Positions 25,826-41,307 of a stretch of DNA of 64,000 nt are shown here, one piece after another (position 1 is the stretch's first letter; every line of letters starts with the position of its first letter). Origin of the DNA: Escherichia coli (GTDB lineage Bacteria; Pseudomonadota; Gammaproteobacteria; Enterobacterales; Enterobacteriaceae); the NCBI RefSeq assembly GCF_041886205.1, contig NZ_CP169029.1; one strand, given 5' to 3'. A program made the translations under genes and the position numbers. Below the pieces are notes generated by a model, which saw only the letters and a program-made list of their open reading frames with translations, was not told the origin of the DNA and made no database searches.

Positions 25826-25945
25826 ATGCCTGGCAGTTCCCTACTCTCGCATGGGGAGACCCCACACTACCATCGGCGCTACGGCGTTTCACTTCTGAGT
25901 TCGGCATGGGGTCAGGTGGGACCACCGCGCTACGGCCGCCAGGCA
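25826..25945 (-). rRNA. rrfE: 5S ribosomal RNA
   Basis: The reverse complement reads tgcctggcggccgtagcgcggtggtcccacctgacccc...ctgccaggcat, 120 nt. Confidence 0.98.
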
Positions 25946-26037
25946 AATTCTTTTTTATCAGACCGCTTCTGCGTTCTGATTTAATCTGTATCAGGCTGAA
26001 AATCTTCTCTCATCCGCCAAAACACCTTCGGCGTTGT

Positions 26038-28941
<2,904 letters not shown>

Positions 28942-29134
28942 TCACAACCCGAAGATGTTTCTTACGATTCATCATCGTGTTGCGAAAATTTGAGAGACTC
29001 ACGAACAACTTTCGTTGTTCAGTGTTTCAATTTTCAGCTTGATCCAGATTTTTAAAGAGCAAATATCTCAAACATCACCCGAAGATGAGTTTTGAGATAT
29101 TAAGGCAGGTGACTTTCACTCACAAACCAGCAAG

Positions 29135-29210
29135 TGGCGTCCCCTAGGGGATTCGAACCCCTGTTACCGCCGTGAAAGGGCGGTGTCCTGGGCCTCTAGA
29201 CGAAGGGGAC
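29135..29210 (-). tRNA. gltV: tRNA-Glu (UUC) in the 16S-23S spacer
   Basis: Reverse complement gtccccttcgtctagaggcccaggacaccgccctttcacggcggtaacaggggttcgaatcccctaggggacgcca, 76 nt. Confidence 0.98.
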
Positions 29211-29295
29211 GTATCAGTCTGCTTCGCAAGACGCCTTGCTTTTCACTTTCTATCAGACAATCTGTGTGAGCACTGCAAAGAACGCTTCTTTAAGG

Positions 29296-30837
<1,542 letters not shown>

Positions 30838-30968
30838 AAAAGTTTGATGCTCAAAGAATTAAACTTCGTAATGAATTACGTGTTCACTCTTGAGACTTGG
30901 TATTCATTTTTCGTCTTGCGACGTTAAGAATCCGTATCTTCGAGTGCCCACACAGATTGTCTGATAAA

Positions 30969-30981
30969 TTGTTAAAGAGCA
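30969..30981 (-). promoter_or_regulatory. rrn leader boxA antitermination element
   Basis: The minus strand reads tgctctttaacaa. Confidence 0.85.
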
Positions 30982-31019
30982 GTTGCGACGCGCTTTAGCG
31001 CACTGTCGCGAGGTGGCGT

Positions 31020-31047
31020 ATATTACGCTTTCCTCTTTCAGAGTCAA
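31020..31047 (-). promoter_or_regulatory. rrnE P2 promoter
   Basis: Minus strand TTGACT (31047-31042), 16 nt, TAATAT (31025-31020). Confidence 0.8.
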
Positions 31048-31129
31048 CCCTGAATTTCAGGATTTTTCTCTTCAACCGAACCGGCTGTTTGTGTGAAGTG
31101 ATTCACATCCGCCGTGTCGATGGAGGCGC

Positions 31130-31180
31130 ATTATAGGGAGTTCTCCGCAGGCCGCAATAGAAAAATTGCAGAAAAATGAC
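31130..31180 (-). promoter_or_regulatory. rrnE P1 promoter with A/T-rich UP element
   Basis: Minus strand TTGCGG (31157-31152), 16 nt, TATAAT (31135-31130), then the GC-rich discriminator gcgcc. An AT-rich tract (tcatttttctgcaatttttctat) lies upstream. Confidence 0.8.
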
Positions 31181-31328
31181 TGACTGCTGCATTCCCCAGC
31201 AAAAGCCCGCTTTATACCTTTTTACGCACAGAGTTATCCACAATCATCAATGTAATTTCTGTATTTTGCCCACGGTAACCACAGTCAAAATTGTGATCAC
31301 CATTGAAAGAGAAAAATTCGCGAGCGTT

Positions 31329-31344
31329 GCGCAAACGTTTTCGT
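31329..31344. promoter_or_regulatory. PurR operator (PUR box) in the purHD promoter
   Basis: gcgcaaacgttttcgt matches the aCGCAAACGTTTTCnT consensus. It overlaps a promoter with TACAAT just downstream. Confidence 0.75.
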
Positions 31345-31381
31345 TACAATGCGGGCGAAAAATAAGGATGCCCCGTTAGGG

Positions 31382-31419
31382 GCGTTAGCTGAGTTTTTCG
31401 CGAAAAATTCAGCTAACGC
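31382..31419 (+). other. 38-bp near-perfect palindrome in the purH 5' leader
   Basis: gcgttagctgagtttttcg|cgaaaaattcagctaacgc, with one mismatch in 19 bp per arm. Preceded by the small palindrome ccccgttagggg (31371-31382). Confidence 0.6.
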
Positions 31420-31451
31420 TCTCTGTAATAGTCAAATCCAGGGGATTTACC

Positions 31452-33041
31452 ATGCAACAACGTCGTCCAGTCCGCCGCGCTCTGCTCAGTGTTTCTGACA
31501 AAGCCGGTATCGTCGAATTCGCCCAGGCACTTTCCGCACGCGGTGTGGAGCTGCTGTCTACAGGGGGCACTGCCCGTCTGTTAGCAGAAAAAGGTCTGCC
31601 GGTAACCGAAGTTTCCGATTACACCGGTTTCCCGGAGATGATGGATGGACGCGTGAAGACCCTGCATCCGAAAGTACATGGTGGCATTCTGGGCCGTCGC
31701 GGCCAGGACGATGCCATTATGGAAGAACATCAGATCCAGCCTATCGATATGGTGGTTGTTAACCTGTATCCGTTCGCCCAGACCGTGGCCCGTGAAGGTT
31801 GCTCGCTGGAAGATGCGGTTGAGAACATCGATATCGGCGGCCCAACGATGGTGCGCTCCGCCGCCAAGAACCATAAAGATGTCGCAATCGTGGTGAAGAG
31901 CAGCGACTATGACGCCATTATTAAAGAGATGGATGACAACGAAGGATCGCTGACGCTTGCAACCCGTTTCGACCTCGCCATCAAAGCCTTCGAACACACT
32001 GCCGCCTACGACAGCATGATTGCCAACTACTTCGGCAGCATGGTTCCGGCTTACCACGGTGAAAGCAAAGAAGCCGCCGGTCGCTTCCCACGCACGCTGA
32101 ACCTGAACTTCATTAAGAAGCTGGATATGCGTTACGGCGAGAACAGCCACCAGCAGGCTGCCTTCTATATAGAAGAGAATGTGAAAGAAGCCTCCGTTGC
32201 TACCGCAACCCAGGTTCAGGGTAAAGCCCTCTCTTATAACAACATCGCCGATACCGATGCGGCGCTGGAGTGCGTGAAAGAGTTCGCCGAGCCGGCATGT
32301 GTGATTGTGAAGCACGCCAACCCTTGCGGCGTGGCTATCGGCAATTCCATTCTTGATGCTTACGATCGCGCGTACAAAACCGACCCAACCTCCGCATTCG
32401 GCGGCATCATTGCCTTTAACCGCGAGCTGGATGCGGAAACCGCACAGGCCATCATTTCTCGTCAGTTTGTCGAAGTGATTATTGCGCCGTCCGCCAGCGA
32501 AGAAGCCCTGAAAATCACCGCCGCCAAACAGAACGTACGCGTTCTGACCTGCGGTCAGTGGGGCGAGCGTGTTCCGGGCCTCGATTTCAAACGCGTGAAC
32601 GGCGGTCTGCTGGTTCAGGATCGTGACCTGGGGATGGTCGGTGCGGAAGAACTGCGCGTGGTGACCAAACGTCAGCCGAGCGAACAGGAACTGCGTGATG
32701 CGCTGTTCTGCTGGAAGGTGGCGAAGTTTGTGAAATCCAACGCTATCGTCTATGCCAAAAACAATATGACTATCGGCATTGGCGCGGGCCAGATGAGCCG
32801 CGTGTACTCCGCAAAAATCGCCGGTATTAAAGCGGCCGATGAAGGCCTGGAAGTGAAAGGTTCCTCGATGGCTTCTGACGCGTTCTTCCCGTTCCGCGAC
32901 GGTATTGATGCCGCCGCCGCTGCGGGCGTGACCTGCGTAATCCAGCCTGGCGGTTCTATCCGTGATGACGAAGTGATTGCCGCCGCCGACGAGCACGGTA
33001 TTGCGATGCTCTTCACCGACATGCGCCACTTCCGCCATTAA
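31452..33041 (+). CDS. purH: Bifunctional AICAR transformylase / IMP cyclohydrolase
   Basis: 529-aa ORF starting [27 protein letters not shown]. Confidence 0.98.
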
Positions 33042-33052
33042 TGGAGCAATAG

Positions 33053-34342
33053 ATGAAAGTATTAGTGATTGGTAACGGCGGGCGCGAGCACGCGCTGGCC
33101 TGGAAAGCGGCCCAGTCGCCGCTGGTTGAGACTGTTTTTGTTGCTCCGGGTAATGCAGGCACTGCACTGGAACCCGCGCTGCAAAACGTTGCTATTGGCG
33201 TGACCGATATCCCGGCGCTGTTGGATTTCGCACAAAACGAAAAGATTGATCTGACCATCGTCGGCCCGGAAGCGCCGCTGGTGAAAGGCGTGGTCGATAC
33301 CTTCCGCGCCGCCGGGCTGAAAATCTTCGGCCCAACCGCAGGTGCGGCCCAACTGGAAGGCTCAAAAGCGTTTACCAAAGATTTCCTGGCCCGCCATAAG
33401 ATCCCTACGGCGGAATACCAGAACTTCACCGAGGTAGAACCTGCGCTGGCGTATCTGCGTGAGAAAGGCGCGCCAATCGTCATTAAAGCGGACGGTCTGG
33501 CTGCCGGGAAAGGCGTTATCGTGGCGATGACGCTGGAAGAAGCGGAAGCGGCTGTTCACGATATGCTGGCGGGCAACGCTTTTGGCGACGCGGGTCATCG
33601 CATCGTTATCGAAGAGTTCCTCGATGGCGAAGAAGCGAGCTTTATCGTGATGGTGGACGGCGAGCATGTGCTGCCGATGGCTACCAGCCAGGATCACAAA
33701 CGCGTAGGCGATAAAGATACCGGACCAAACACCGGCGGGATGGGCGCTTACTCCCCCGCGCCGGTAGTAACCGATGACGTTCATCAGCGCACCATGGAAC
33801 GTATTATCTGGCCAACCGTGAAAGGCATGGCGGCGGAAGGCAACACCTACACCGGTTTTCTCTACGCGGGCCTGATGATCGACAAACAGGGCAATCCGAA
33901 GGTTATTGAATTTAACTGCCGCTTTGGCGATCCGGAAACCCAGCCGATTATGCTGCGCATGAAGTCCGATCTGGTTGAGCTCTGCCTGGCGGCCTGTGAA
34001 AGCAAACTGGACGAGAAAACGTCCGAGTGGGATGAACGCGCTTCTCTCGGCGTGGTGATGGCTGCGGGTGGATATCCGGGTGATTACCGCACCGGTGACG
34101 TGATCCACGGCCTGCCGCTGGAAGAAGTGGCAGGCGGCAAAGTGTTCCACGCGGGCACAAAACTGGCGGATGACGAGCAGGTAGTGACCAACGGCGGGCG
34201 CGTACTGTGCGTCACCGCGCTGGGTCATACCGTGGCAGAAGCGCAGAAACGCGCCTATGCCTTAATGACCGATATCCACTGGGACGACTGCTTCTGCCGG
34301 AAAGATATCGGCTGGCGCGCTATCGAACGCGAGCAGAACTAA
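33053..34342 (+). CDS. purD: Phosphoribosylamine-glycine ligase
   Basis: 429-aa ORF starting MKVLVIGNGGREHALAWKAAQSP. Confidence 0.98.
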   Translation: MKVLVIGNGGREHALAWKAAQSPLVETVFVAPGNAGTALEPALQNVAIGVTDIPALLDFAQNEKIDLTIVGPEAPLVKGVVDTFRAAGLKIFGPTAGAAQLEGSKAFTKDFLARHKIPTAEYQNFTEVEPALAYLREKGAPIVIKADGLAAGKGVIVAMTLEEAEAAVHDMLAGNAFGDAGHRIVIEEFLDGEEASFIVMVDGEHVLPMATSQDHKRVGDKDTGPNTGGMGAYSPAPVVTDDVHQRTMERIIWPTVKGMAAEGNTYTGFLYAGLMIDKQGNPKVIEFNCRFGDPETQPIMLRMKSDLVELCLAACESKLDEKTSEWDERASLGVVMAAGGYPGDYRTGDVIHGLPLEEVAGGKVFHAGTKLADDEQVVTNGGRVLCVTALGHTVAEAQKRAYALMTDIHWDDCFCRKDIGWRAIEREQN

Positions 34343-35664
34343 CGCGACAGTTTTGCCAATAGCGTTTTGCGCGTGATCCCTAACTGACGGGCGGCTTCGG
34401 TTTTGTTGCCGCCCGTTTTCTCCAGCGCCGCCAGAATCACCTCTTTTTCCACTTCCACCAACGGCTGAATATCCTGACTTTGTCCCAGCGGGATCGGCGT
34501 ACTGGCAATCGCCAGCGGCAGCTCGCGTTCGGAAATATATTCCCCGGTCAGCAGCACCACTGCCCGTTCCACCGCGTTTTCCAGCTCACGAATATTTCCC
34601 GGCCAGTCGTAATGAATCAACAGATCCATCGCCTGGGGCGTAAAACCTTTTACCGCCTTGCGATTACGCTCGGCAAAGCGCTGCAGAAAATGGCCAGCCA
34701 GCAGAGGGATATCTTCCCGCCGTTGCCGCAGCGATGGTACTTCAATCGCCACCACATTCAGGCGATAGTAGAGATCCTGGCGAAAACGCCCGGCATTCAC
34801 CTCTGCGGCAAGATCGCGATGGGTCGCCGCAATCAGCCGGACATCAACCGAGATAATCTGGTTGCTACCGACACGCTGAACTTCGCGCTCCTGAATCGCA
34901 CGCAGCAGACGCACCTGCATCATCGGCGAGATATCGCCAATTTCATCGAGAAACAGCGTGCCGCCGTCCGCCTCAACAAAGCGCCCTTCCCGGCGTTTAT
35001 CGGCTCCAGTAAACGCCCCTTTTTCGTGACCGAACAATTCAGATTCCAGCAAGGATTCGTTGAGTGCCGCACAGTTGAGCGTTACCAGCGGTTTTTCGCT
35101 ACGTGCGCTACTGGCGTGAATCGCCCTGGCGACCAGCTCTTTACCGGTGCCGGAATCGCCGTGGATCAGTACCGTGGCTTCCGATGGCGCGACGAGGGCG
35201 ATTTCACTGAGCAGGTGTTGCATCGCCGGGCTTTTACCGACCATACCGAACTGGCTGGCAGTCACCGCAGGTGTTTCAGCATCAATACTGTGCGTATGCG
35301 CGAGCGCTTTTTCCAGCGTCGCCTGTAGGTTATCGAAATCCAGCGGCTTGATGAGATAATCCAGCGCCCCAGTTTTCAGTGCCTCTACCGCCGTCTCGAC
35401 GCTGGAGTACGCAGTCATAATCAGCACCGGAATTGCCGGGTTTAACGCTTTGATCTCTTTCAGCGTGGCGATGCCGTCCATCTCCGCCATTCGCACATCG
35501 CAAAGCACAAGATCAAAAACCTGTTCCCGCACCTGCTCCAACGCCTGTCGCCCGCTGTTCGCCAGCGCGACGTTATAGCCCCAGCCGCGCAGTAAAGCCT
35601 GCAAAATAGTGCAGTGGCTAATGTCATCATCCACCACCAGAATATCGATATTATCGTGCGTCAT
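34339..35664 (-). CDS. zraR: Sigma-54-dependent response regulator ZraR (HydG)
   Basis: 441-aa ORF with receiver domain, AAA+ domain (GESGTGKE-like [17 protein letters not shown] loop) and a Fis-type HTH. Confidence 0.96.
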   Translation of the reverse strand: MTHDNIDILVVDDDISHCTILQALLRGWGYNVALANSGRQALEQVREQVFDLVLCDVRMAEMDGIATLKEIKALNPAIPVLIMTAYSSVETAVEALKTGALDYLIKPLDFDNLQATLEKALAHTHSIDAETPAVTASQFGMVGKSPAMQHLLSEIALVAPSEATVLIHGDSGTGKELVARAIHASSARSEKPLVTLNCAALNESLLESELFGHEKGAFTGADKRREGRFVEADGGTLFLDEIGDISPMMQVRLLRAIQEREVQRVGSNQIISVDVRLIAATHRDLAAEVNAGRFRQDLYYRLNVVAIEVPSLRQRREDIPLLAGHFLQRFAERNRKAVKGFTPQAMDLLIHYDWPGNIRELENAVERAVVLLTGEYISERELPLAIASTPIPLGQSQDIQPLVEVEKEVILAALEKTGGNKTEAARQLGITRKTLLAKLSR

Positions 35665-37058
35665 CCTTGTGGGTCCTTACGCGTAATATTGACCGGAAGC
35701 CAGAGGGTGAACGTTGAGCCTTTTCCCTCCTGGCTTGCGACCTGAATTGTACCACCGTGTTGTTCAACAATATTATGCACGACCGCCAGCCCCAATCCGG
35801 TGCCTTCGGCTTTAGTGGTGAAGTACGGAGTGAAGATGGCATCAAGCTGATCTGCCGCAATTCCCTTACCGCTGTCGGTAACGCTGATTTTCACGCCCGC
35901 GCCGCTTTCGCTGGCCGTCACGCTAATCACGCCATGCTGACCAATCGCCTGAATAGCATTGAGATAGAGATTCAACAGGACCTGAGTCAGCCTGTCCGGG
36001 TCGGCCTGAATTTCCGGTAATGTGTCGTTGGCGGTAAAGCGTAACTGGATCTCCCGGCTGTTTGCATCCTGACTTACCAGCTGTAATGAGTGGTTAATCA
36101 GCGTGTTGAGATCCACCGCCTGCAAAGCCAGATGCGTTGGCTTAACCAGTTCCAGCAACTCGCTTACCACGCGGTTTAAACGGTCGACCTCTTTCGCCAT
36201 CACCTGCGCCAGTTGATGCGCTTCTCCCCCTGCAGGCGCGCGCTCGGCAAAGTATTTCGCCAGTCCTTTAATCGAGGAAAGTGGGTTACGGATTTCGTGG
36301 GCAACGCCTGCCGCAAGATGCCCCAGCGCCACCAGCTTCTCTTTGCGCTTCATTTCATCTTGTAGAAGCTGGCGCGAGCGCAGATAGCGGCGATACCAGA
36401 AGAATGACAATACGCTTGCCAGCAAGACCGTCGCCAGGGCGAAGAGGATAATCAGGGTATTGCGCTTTTCCCCACTCTGGGTTGCAACCAGATCACTGGC
36501 ATCAACGGCGATAAAAATAGCCTGTTGTGCATCTACTTGTGGCACAGCTTTGCCGTTACAGCGCGGCATATTGTGCATTCCATGCCGCCAGGGCGCTGAC
36601 ATTGGCTGGAACAAACGATAGACCTCAAGTGCAGGCGTAGTTTCCGTTTTCCCAAGCAGCCGCCAGCGGGAGTTTTCCTCTGGCTTTAATTTCTGCATTT
36701 CATCCGGCGAATAGAGCGCACGCCCGACCTTATCGGGGTCGCTATGAAGAATAATGATGCCCTGCGCATCGGTGACTGCGAACCACAACACTCCCGGCTG
36801 TCCCGCCATCTCTTCCAGAAGCGCCTGTTGCTGTACATGGTGCATTCGCATCCCCATCCCTACGCGGCTTCCCGACTCCAGAGCGCGGATAAGCACATTA
36901 CCTTTTTCCAGTAATGCCTGGCGGTCTGCCTCGCTTGCCCGCCCATAATCACGAATCACAGTTACCGCAAACAATCCCACCAGCCCAACAATGACCACGG
37001 GGAGGATCGCGCTTAACCATTTAGCTAAGGAGTCTTTAGAACGTTGCATAAAATGCAT
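35661..37058 (-). CDS. zraS: Sensor histidine kinase ZraS (HydH)
   Basis: 465-aa ORF with H-box HEIRNPLSS and an HATPase domain. A 4-nt overlap with zraR is present. Confidence 0.95.
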   Translation of the reverse strand: MHFMQRSKDSLAKWLSAILPVVIVGLVGLFAVTVIRDYGRASEADRQALLEKGNVLIRALESGSRVGMGMRMHHVQQQALLEEMAGQPGVLWFAVTDAQGIIILHSDPDKVGRALYSPDEMQKLKPEENSRWRLLGKTETTPALEVYRLFQPMSAPWRHGMHNMPRCNGKAVPQVDAQQAIFIAVDASDLVATQSGEKRNTLIILFALATVLLASVLSFFWYRRYLRSRQLLQDEMKRKEKLVALGHLAAGVAHEIRNPLSSIKGLAKYFAERAPAGGEAHQLAQVMAKEVDRLNRVVSELLELVKPTHLALQAVDLNTLINHSLQLVSQDANSREIQLRFTANDTLPEIQADPDRLTQVLLNLYLNAIQAIGQHGVISVTASESGAGVKISVTDSGKGIAADQLDAIFTPYFTTKAEGTGLGLAVVHNIVEQHGGTIQVASQEGKGSTFTLWLPVNITRKDPQG

Positions 37059-37090
37059 CTTCTTCTTTGCCTGCTCATCCCTTTCTGACA

Positions 37091-37105
37091 GCAGAAATCA
37101 TGCCA
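37091..37105 (-). promoter_or_regulatory. Sigma-54 (-24/-12) promoter of zraSR
   Basis: The minus strand reads TGGCATgatttCTGC. Confidence 0.6.
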
Positions 37106-37155
37106 TCTTTTATCAGCGCTTACCCTGCGCTGTAACACAAAGGCTTAAGTTTCAA

Positions 37156-37203
37156 CGAGTAAAAATGACTCGCTACCCGCAGCAGGCGAGTCATTTTTAC
37201 TCG
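37156..37203. promoter_or_regulatory. ZraR upstream activating sequence: perfect 17-bp inverted repeat
   Basis: cgagtaaaaatgactcg (37156-37172) and cgagtcatttttactcg (37187-37203) are exact reverse complements separated by 14 bp, centred between the divergent zraP and zraS promoters. Confidence 0.75.
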
Positions 37204-37244
37204 TTTATCATGCCAGATTACCCGTCATATCAGCGTTTTATCGT

Positions 37245-37260
37245 TGGCACGGAAGATGCA
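37245..37260 (+). promoter_or_regulatory. Sigma-54 (-24/-12) promoter of zraP
   Basis: TGGCACggaagATGCA matches TGGCAC-N5-TTGCA. Confidence 0.8.
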
Positions 37261-37295
37261 ATACCCGAAGTAAGACAACCACTGGAGGATTAACC

Positions 37296-37721
37296 ATGAA
37301 ACGGAACACGAAAATTGCCCTGGTAATGATGGCGCTTTCAGCAATGGCGATGGGATCGACATCTGCATTTGCTCACGGCGGACATGGTATGTGGCAGCAA
37401 AATATAGCGCCCTTGACCAGCGAACAACAAACTACGTGGCAAAAAATCCATAATGACTTTTACGCTCAAAGCAGCGCGCTGCAACAACAGCTAATGGCTA
37501 AGCGTTATGAATACAATGCCCTGTTAGCCGCGAACCCACCGGATAGCAGCAAAATTAACGCGGTCGCCAAAGAGATGGAGAATTTGCGTCAGTCGTTAGA
37601 TGAGTTACGGGTGAAACGGGATATTGCGATGGCTGAAGCGGGTATTCCGCGCGGAGCCGGAATGGGCATGGGCTACGGCGGCTGCGGTGGTGGCGGTCAT
37701 ATGGGTATGGGCCACTGGTAA
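37296..37721 (+). CDS. zraP: Zinc-resistance-associated periplasmic protein/chaperone
   Basis: 141-aa ORF with a signal peptide and a Gly/Met/His-rich C-terminus (GMGMGYGGCGGGGHMGMGHW). Confidence 0.95.
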   Translation: MKRNTKIALVMMALSAMAMGSTSAFAHGGHGMWQQNIAPLTSEQQTTWQKIHNDFYAQSSALQQQLMAKRYEYNALLAANPPDSSKINAVAKEMENLRQSLDELRVKRDIAMAEAGIPRGAGMGMGYGGCGGGGHMGMGHW

Positions 37722-37722
37722 A

Positions 37723-38418
37723 TCAGAACGTTTTCTCGTTGGGTTGCCAGCGACAGAAATCAGAGTTTGCCACTAACAGTAATTGCGAACCTTCGGGCGC
37801 TTCCAGCCATGCCACGCTGACATCAACAGAAGAGCGGCTCTGGCGGCGCTCGATATGCGCTATCGCCTGCGAATCTAAATCAGGTTTAATGGTTTGCCCT
37901 TCGCAGGTGGTCACGGTCTGTTCCATCGCATGCCAGCGCCCCTGGCGCAGCACGACTCTCCCCTGACGTAAGGCATCGCTAATCTGGCGGATCTGATCAG
38001 CACGATAACGGTATAAATCGATTTGGTCGTTAGAAAGCTGCTGCTTTTCCCCATCGGATTCACGTTGCATAAAGCTCAGATCGCCGCGATCGTCAAAACG
38101 CGCGCGAATATTCACCGGCGGTTTGCTGTAAACATTGATGTTGATGAGCGTAAGGTTATCACCCTGCCAGCGATACTCTCGCGTCGTGGTATCGCCACTG
38201 CGCCACGGGCTAAACACGGCAAGCAGATGCACATTATCGCCGCTGTCTTTTCGCCAGATGCGTACCGCGCCCTGGTCTTCAGCAAATCCACTGGCGGTAA
38301 AGGGAGGAAGTGAAGAGTTGTGGCTACAGGCAGTGAGAAACAGCGCACCTGCCAGCATCAATGATCGACGCCAGAAAGACAAAAGGGGTGAAACCACCCC
38401 TTCGTTAAAACTGTTCAC
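37723..38418 (-). CDS. yjaH: DUF1481 lipoprotein-like protein YjaH
   Basis: The ORF ends ...RWQPNEKTF and has a lipobox-like LTACS. I chose the GTG at 38418 (231 aa, as I recall for K-12); an alternative GTG lies at 38424. Confidence 0.85.
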   Translation of the reverse strand: MNSFNEGVVSPLLSFWRRSLMLAGALFLTACSHNSSLPPFTASGFAEDQGAVRIWRKDSGDNVHLLAVFSPWRSGDTTTREYRWQGDNLTLININVYSKPPVNIRARFDDRGDLSFMQRESDGEKQQLSNDQIDLYRYRADQIRQISDALRQGRVVLRQGRWHAMEQTVTTCEGQTIKPDLDSQAIAHIERRQSRSSVDVSVAWLEAPEGSQLLLVANSDFCRWQPNEKTF

Positions 38419-38430
38419 TGCCACGCAATC

Positions 38431-38703
38431 TTACTTAACTGCGTCTTTCAGTGCCTTGCCAGAAACAAATGCCGGTACGTTAGCTGCGGCAATTTTGATT
38501 TCTTTACCGGTCTGCGGGTTGCGGCCAGTACGCTCAGCGCGGTGGTTCACTTTGAAGGTACCGAAACCAACCAGTTGTACAGCATCGCCTTCTTTCAGAG
38601 ACTCAGTAATTGCAGCCAGAGTGGACTCCAGAGCAGCTTTAGCCTGGGTTTTGGACAGTTCTGCTTTCTCTGCAATTACATCAATCAGTTGAGTCTTGTT
38701 CAT
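38431..38703 (-). CDS. hupA: Nucleoid protein HU alpha
   Basis: 90-aa ORF starting [28 protein letters not shown]. Confidence 0.98.
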
Positions 38704-38889
38704 AAGTTATCCTTACAATGTGTTTATCGCTTGCTAAGCATCGAGTGCGACGGAAATGCCAGAATAGCACTCTCCTGCATACACGCACCGATAGCCACTT
38801 TTTTTCGCCCCCCAAATGTAGACCAGACGGGGGGCGAAAGGGAAGACTCCAGGTACGACAAATCAGGCGTTAAATCACGTTTTCTGGTC

Positions 38890-39480
38890 TTATTGCTGAA
38901 AAATTATACCAATATTGCTCTCACCCGCCTCACGCAGGTCTGCCCTAAGGCCTTTTATCAGCTCGATATCGCGTTCTTCGCACTCAGCTAAAAGTCGGAA
39001 TATTTCCCACTGAATGTCCCATTCTTGCTCTACAGCTGGGTTTTCTTTAAGCTCTTCATCGCTCATTTCGCGACCAGCCTGAGTCATTTCCAGCATCGCA
39101 ACGGTCGTGATGGAGGTCTTACTCACTTCCACCGCGTGTTCGAGCGTTTCACCACTCAAACGCGAATGGACCAGTTCACTTAACGCCACGCATGCATCGA
39201 TTGCCGGATAAACGCCGTACAGATCGAAATCGTCGGCTGAAGGAATCGCTTCTTCAAATTTCTCCAGTTGGCTGTCGAAATTTACTTTTGCGTCTTTAAC
39301 GGTCAGCGTTTCCCAGATGAGATCGAGAATGCGACGGTAAATTTGCCCATCACCAAAACCGGTTTGCTGGCAGAACATGGCGTAATTGGGGTACATGCGT
39401 TCGCATAAGCAAGCCATGAAAGTGACATGCTGCCAGCTTTCCAGGCGCTCCAGACGCAGATGAATTGGGTTTTGTAACAT
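38890..39480 (-). CDS. yjaG: DUF416-family protein YjaG
   Basis: 196-aa ORF starting MLQNPIHLRLERLESWQHVTFMACLCERM. Confidence 0.92.
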   Translation of the reverse strand: MLQNPIHLRLERLESWQHVTFMACLCERMYPNYAMFCQQTGFGDGQIYRRILDLIWETLTVKDAKVNFDSQLEKFEEAIPSADDFDLYGVYPAIDACVALSELVHSRLSGETLEHAVEVSKTSITTVAMLEMTQAGREMSDEELKENPAVEQEWDIQWEIFRLLAECEERDIELIKGLRADLREAGESNIGIIFQQ

Positions 39481-39522
39481 GTTGAGTTCTCAAATACGGA
39501 AATTATCCGCAGTTTACCTGAA

Positions 39523-40194
39523 TTAGGGCTGATTTGCTGTATAGCGCACGAACGCCGGACGTTCCGAGGCCACCGCGTCCGCCCAGCGCGTTGGCTCCGG
39601 CAGACGATAGCCTTTCATGCAGCGTTGTACCCACGCCAGCGCGCTGTCCACGCTGACCCGATGGCCGGTAGCGATAAACAACGGGTTACAGCGCGCTTTG
39701 CTGCGCCAGACCCAGGCCAGCTGCTCGCCTTTATCCATCAGTGGGGCCAGCGCGCCCGGTTCGCTGGAGAGCGGTTCGAATTTACCGCAGAGCCGTTTTT
39801 TCGCCACGCCAATGGTCGGCACATCCACCAATAAGCCAAAATGGCTGGCGACGCCAAGACGGCGAGGATGCGAGATCCCATGACCATCGACAAACACTAA
39901 ATCCGGCTTTTGCGACAGCATCTCCCACGCTGCCAGCAGCGCAGGATATTCGCGGAAGGAAAGAAAACCTGGAATGTAAGGCATGGTGGTGGCGATGCGG
40001 GCAACTTTATACTCCACCAGCTCAAGCGAGGGATATTTCAGCAGCACCATCGCCGCTCGCGTCACTTCTCCGCCCTGCTCAAACCCGACATCGGCTCCGG
40101 CGATCAGATCCGGTGGATCTTTATCGAGTCGATCCTCGCGGATCACAGAAGAAGCCAGTTCGATTTGTTGAGCGCGTAATGACGCGAGATCCAT
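39523..40194 (-). CDS. nfi: Endonuclease V
   Basis: 223 aa from the ATG at 40194 ([17 protein letters not shown]...). Confidence 0.96.
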
Positions 40195-40203
40195 AATCAC
40201 TCC

Positions 40204-41268
40204 TTAGCGGTGATATTGTTCAGACAGTCGATGCACTGCCTCCACGAACACGCCAGCATGTTCTGGCGGCACATCCTGATGAATGCCGTGACCAAGGTTA
40301 AAGACATGACCTTCGCCGTGACCGAAACCTGCAAGTATAGTCGCTACTTCTTCTTCAATGCGGGCAGGCGGCGCGTACAGCATCGACGGATCCATATTAC
40401 CCTGCAACGCGACTTTATTGCCCACACGGCGGCGCGCATCGGCGATATCCGTTGTCCAGTCGAGGCCCAACGCATCGCAACCGGTTTCTGCCATCGCTTC
40501 CAGCCACTGTCCGCCGCCTTTGGTAAACAGCGTGACCGGTACGCGGCGACCGTCGTTTTCACGCAGTAAACCATCAACAATTTTATGCATGTAATAGAGC
40601 GAGAACTGTTGATAATCGCGCCCGGTAAGCACACCGCCCCAGGTGTCGAAAATCATCACTGCCTGAGCACCGGCTTTAATCTGCGCATTCAGATACAAAG
40701 TGACGCTTTTCGCCAGTTTATCGAGTAGAGCGTGCAGCGCCTGCGGATCGGCATACATCATTTTTTTGATCACGGTGAACGCTTTGCTGCTGCCGCCTTC
40801 CACCATGTAGGTCGCCAGCGTCCACGGGCTGCCGGAAAAACCAATCAGCGGCACTTCGCCTTTCAGTTCGCGACGAATGGTACGCACCGCGTTCATCACG
40901 TAACCCAGCTCATCTTCCGGGTCCGGAATTGGCAGTTTATCGACGTCGGCTTTGCAGGTGACTGGCGAGGTAAAACGCGGACCTTCTCCGGCTTCAAAAT
41001 AGAGCCCTAACCCCATCGCGTCCGGCACGGTGAGGATATCGGAAAAGAGGATCGCCGCATCCAGCGGGTAGCGACGCAGCGGTTGCAAAGTCACTTCGCA
41101 CGCCAGCTCGGCGTTTTTGCACAGCGACATAAAATCGCCCGCCTGGGCGCGCGTGGCTTTATATTCCGGTAGATAGCGACCCGCCTGGCGCATCATCCAT
41201 ACTGGAGTGACATCAACGGGCTGGCGCAGCAGCGCCCGCAGATAACGATCGTTTTTAAGTTCGGTCAT
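40204..41268 (-). CDS. hemE: Uroporphyrinogen decarboxylase
   Basis: 354-aa ORF starting [36 protein letters not shown]. Confidence 0.98.
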   Translation of the reverse strand: MTELKNDRYLRALLRQPVDVTPVWMMRQAGRYLPEYKATRAQAGDFMSLCKNAELACEVTLQPLRRYPLDAAILFSDILTVPDAMGLGLYFEAGEGPRFTSPVTCKADVDKLPIPDPEDELGYVMNAVRTIRRELKGEVPLIGFSGSPWTLATYMVEGGSSKAFTVIKKMMYADPQALHALLDKLAKSVTLYLNAQIKAGAQAVMIFDTWGGVLTGRDYQQFSLYYMHKIVDGLLRENDGRRVPVTLFTKGGGQWLEAMAETGCDALGLDWTTDIADARRRVGNKVALQGNMDPSMLYAPPARIEEEVATILAGFGHGEGHVFNLGHGIHQDVPPEHAGVFVEAVHRLSEQYHR

Positions 41269-41307
41269 TTTGGCTGTTCCTTAGTGCGTCAGGCGGTCAG
41301 TGTATCA

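Noticed and set aside
31581-34228. Antisense ORFs opposite purH (528 aa) and purD (288 aa, 156 aa).
   Set aside because: These are shadow frames of well-identified genes. No RBS or start context, no motifs, and a composition typical of antisense translation.
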